64,000 bases of DNA from Paraspadella gotoi. Its lineage: Eukaryota; Animalia; Chaetognatha. How positions within the stretch are numbered: the first letter of the stretch is position 1; every line of letters begins with the position of its first letter. The stretch lies in assembly GCA_051294375.1 (NCBI GenBank), contig CM119267.1:3716759-3780758 (forward strand), given 5' to 3'. The notes below the pieces were generated by a model. The model was not told the DNA's origin and did no database searches. It worked only from the letters and a program-made list of their open reading frames with translations. Of this stretch, positions 62,675-64,000 are shown piece after piece. The position numbers were made by a program, and so were the translations under genes.

Positions 62675-64000
62675 CTCTTCTCCTTCTCTTTCCGTCCTCC
62701 CCTCACCCCTCAGCTCGTGCGGCGTGTCTGAAAAGCCTCCCCCCCTCTGCTCTCTTCTCACAAGCGATTGGGGCGCAATTTTGTTTAACTGCAATCGTAA
62801 AGGCGAACTATAGTTCGCGAGTCGGAAGCTTTTTACCCTTAAAAGTCCCGGGATCGGCGTCGGACCCCTCGGTCGGCGGGACCAGGTGGCGCTGTGCGTG
62901 AGAGAAGGGGACGCTCGAGAGCAAAGAGAGACAGATCGCCCCTCTCGCTCTCTCTCCTCTCCGGCATAAGGTCCATAGCGTAAGACTGCAGCCTTTCTGA
63001 GCAAAGATTGCTTCTCCTTTAAAGGGGCAGTGGTTCTCGCCTCTGGATGGGTGACTTTTAAACATTTTTCTTTTTTGGACGTCTTCAGAGCAAAGAAAGA
63101 AATTGTGATTCAGATCTTAGATTTTTTTTTTCAGGACGTCTGACGTCTTTTGAATTGGGATCATGTCCAAAAAGGGTTTTCCTGCGGTGGATCGCTGCGA
63201 GAAAATGTGTTGCCCTCTTGTCTGTTTAGGTTTTATTCTGGATTTCATTATTTAGAAGAACATTGTCTCTAGTGTGTTATCTTCTCTCGGATCAAATAAT
63301 CAAATTAATGAAGCCTTCCGAGTCTAATGTTCAAATAAATGTAATATAAAAGTTGCGGCACCTCGATATACCGCGTGCTATTAACACTTAAGTATATGGT
63401 ATACGTGCGACCCTTTGCTTAGTACTCGTTAAGTCCGGCCTGCCATTAATATTTAAAACAAGAATATTATGCGTCGAGTGTTATCTTTTTTCCTAAAGTT
63501 TCTCCTGTGTGCCCCTGTCATTCTTATGATAAATTAATCCTTTTCATGTTTAGAACATTTTTAACTATATCTCTCTCTGAGAAAAAAAAACTACATTCCA
63601 TCAACCGGAGACAAGTATGTTAATAAATATATGTCCTAAATCTCGGTAAGTTCCTATAAAATAACCAGTTTTCTTTAAAAGGAAATTTCAAATTAGATTA
63701 ATATTTCTCACTAGAGTGTTAGTTTATCTGCGGGAAAAGAACCGAACAGATGAAGAGGAAAGGAGAAGAGAGAAGTGGGAAAAGGGGAGGAGGGAAGGGG
63801 AAAGAGGGGCAGGAGAAGAAGAGGGATAGAGGGGGAGAGGGAAATGCGAGATGGAGAGGGGAAAGTATTATGAGGCCCCGTGAGGCGCGCGGAAGTCTGC
63901 CTTAGGGCGCGTAGCAAGAGCTGGTGCAAAGGAGACTCGTCCTCATCCTCCTCCCAGGATTCGGGGCAGCGTTCACGAGGTTTATCAGTCGACCTTTCTC

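Noticed and set aside
1-64000. Long ORFs rich in SL, ER, FL or KR dipeptides (e.g. 53770-54822, 15619-16443, 61317-62078)
   Set aside because: They are translations of GA/TC and AAAG microsatellites, which lack stop codons; some also run through N gaps.

Overview
Eukaryotic DNA, most likely from an invertebrate animal. It is AT- and CpG-rich and dominated by (GA/TC)n, (AAAG)n, (AGAT)n and (GTC)n microsatellites and by minisatellites. Almost all ORFs in the supplied track are translations of these repeats. Roughly half of the window is two blocks of near-duplicate sequence: 5.8-13.5 kb vs 13.5-23.2 kb, and 32.7-40.5 kb vs 40.5-46.1 kb with an inverted third copy at 46.1-49.1 kb and a continuation at 49.2-50.5 kb. 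The copies differ mostly by 1-bp indels and lie among seven gaps of exactly 25 N, so they look like haplotype or long-read gap-filling artefacts. Real biology visible through the noise includes: (i) short exon-like islands between pyrimidine-rich introns, mainly on the minus strand, encoding acidic, low-complexity peptides and one PH-fold-like segment; (ii) three copies of a DINE-1/HINE-like element, one carrying a nested 646-bp foldback MITE with a 9-bp target-site duplication; (iii) a 5'-truncated, CCA-bearing tRNA-Lys(CTT) copy that is missing from one duplicate; (iv) a 2.8-kb microsatellite-free insert present in only one duplicate; and (v) a 350-bp palindrome. I could not name any gene with confidence and see no well-supported novel system. 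Boundaries of repeats and duplications are approximate (read by eye).
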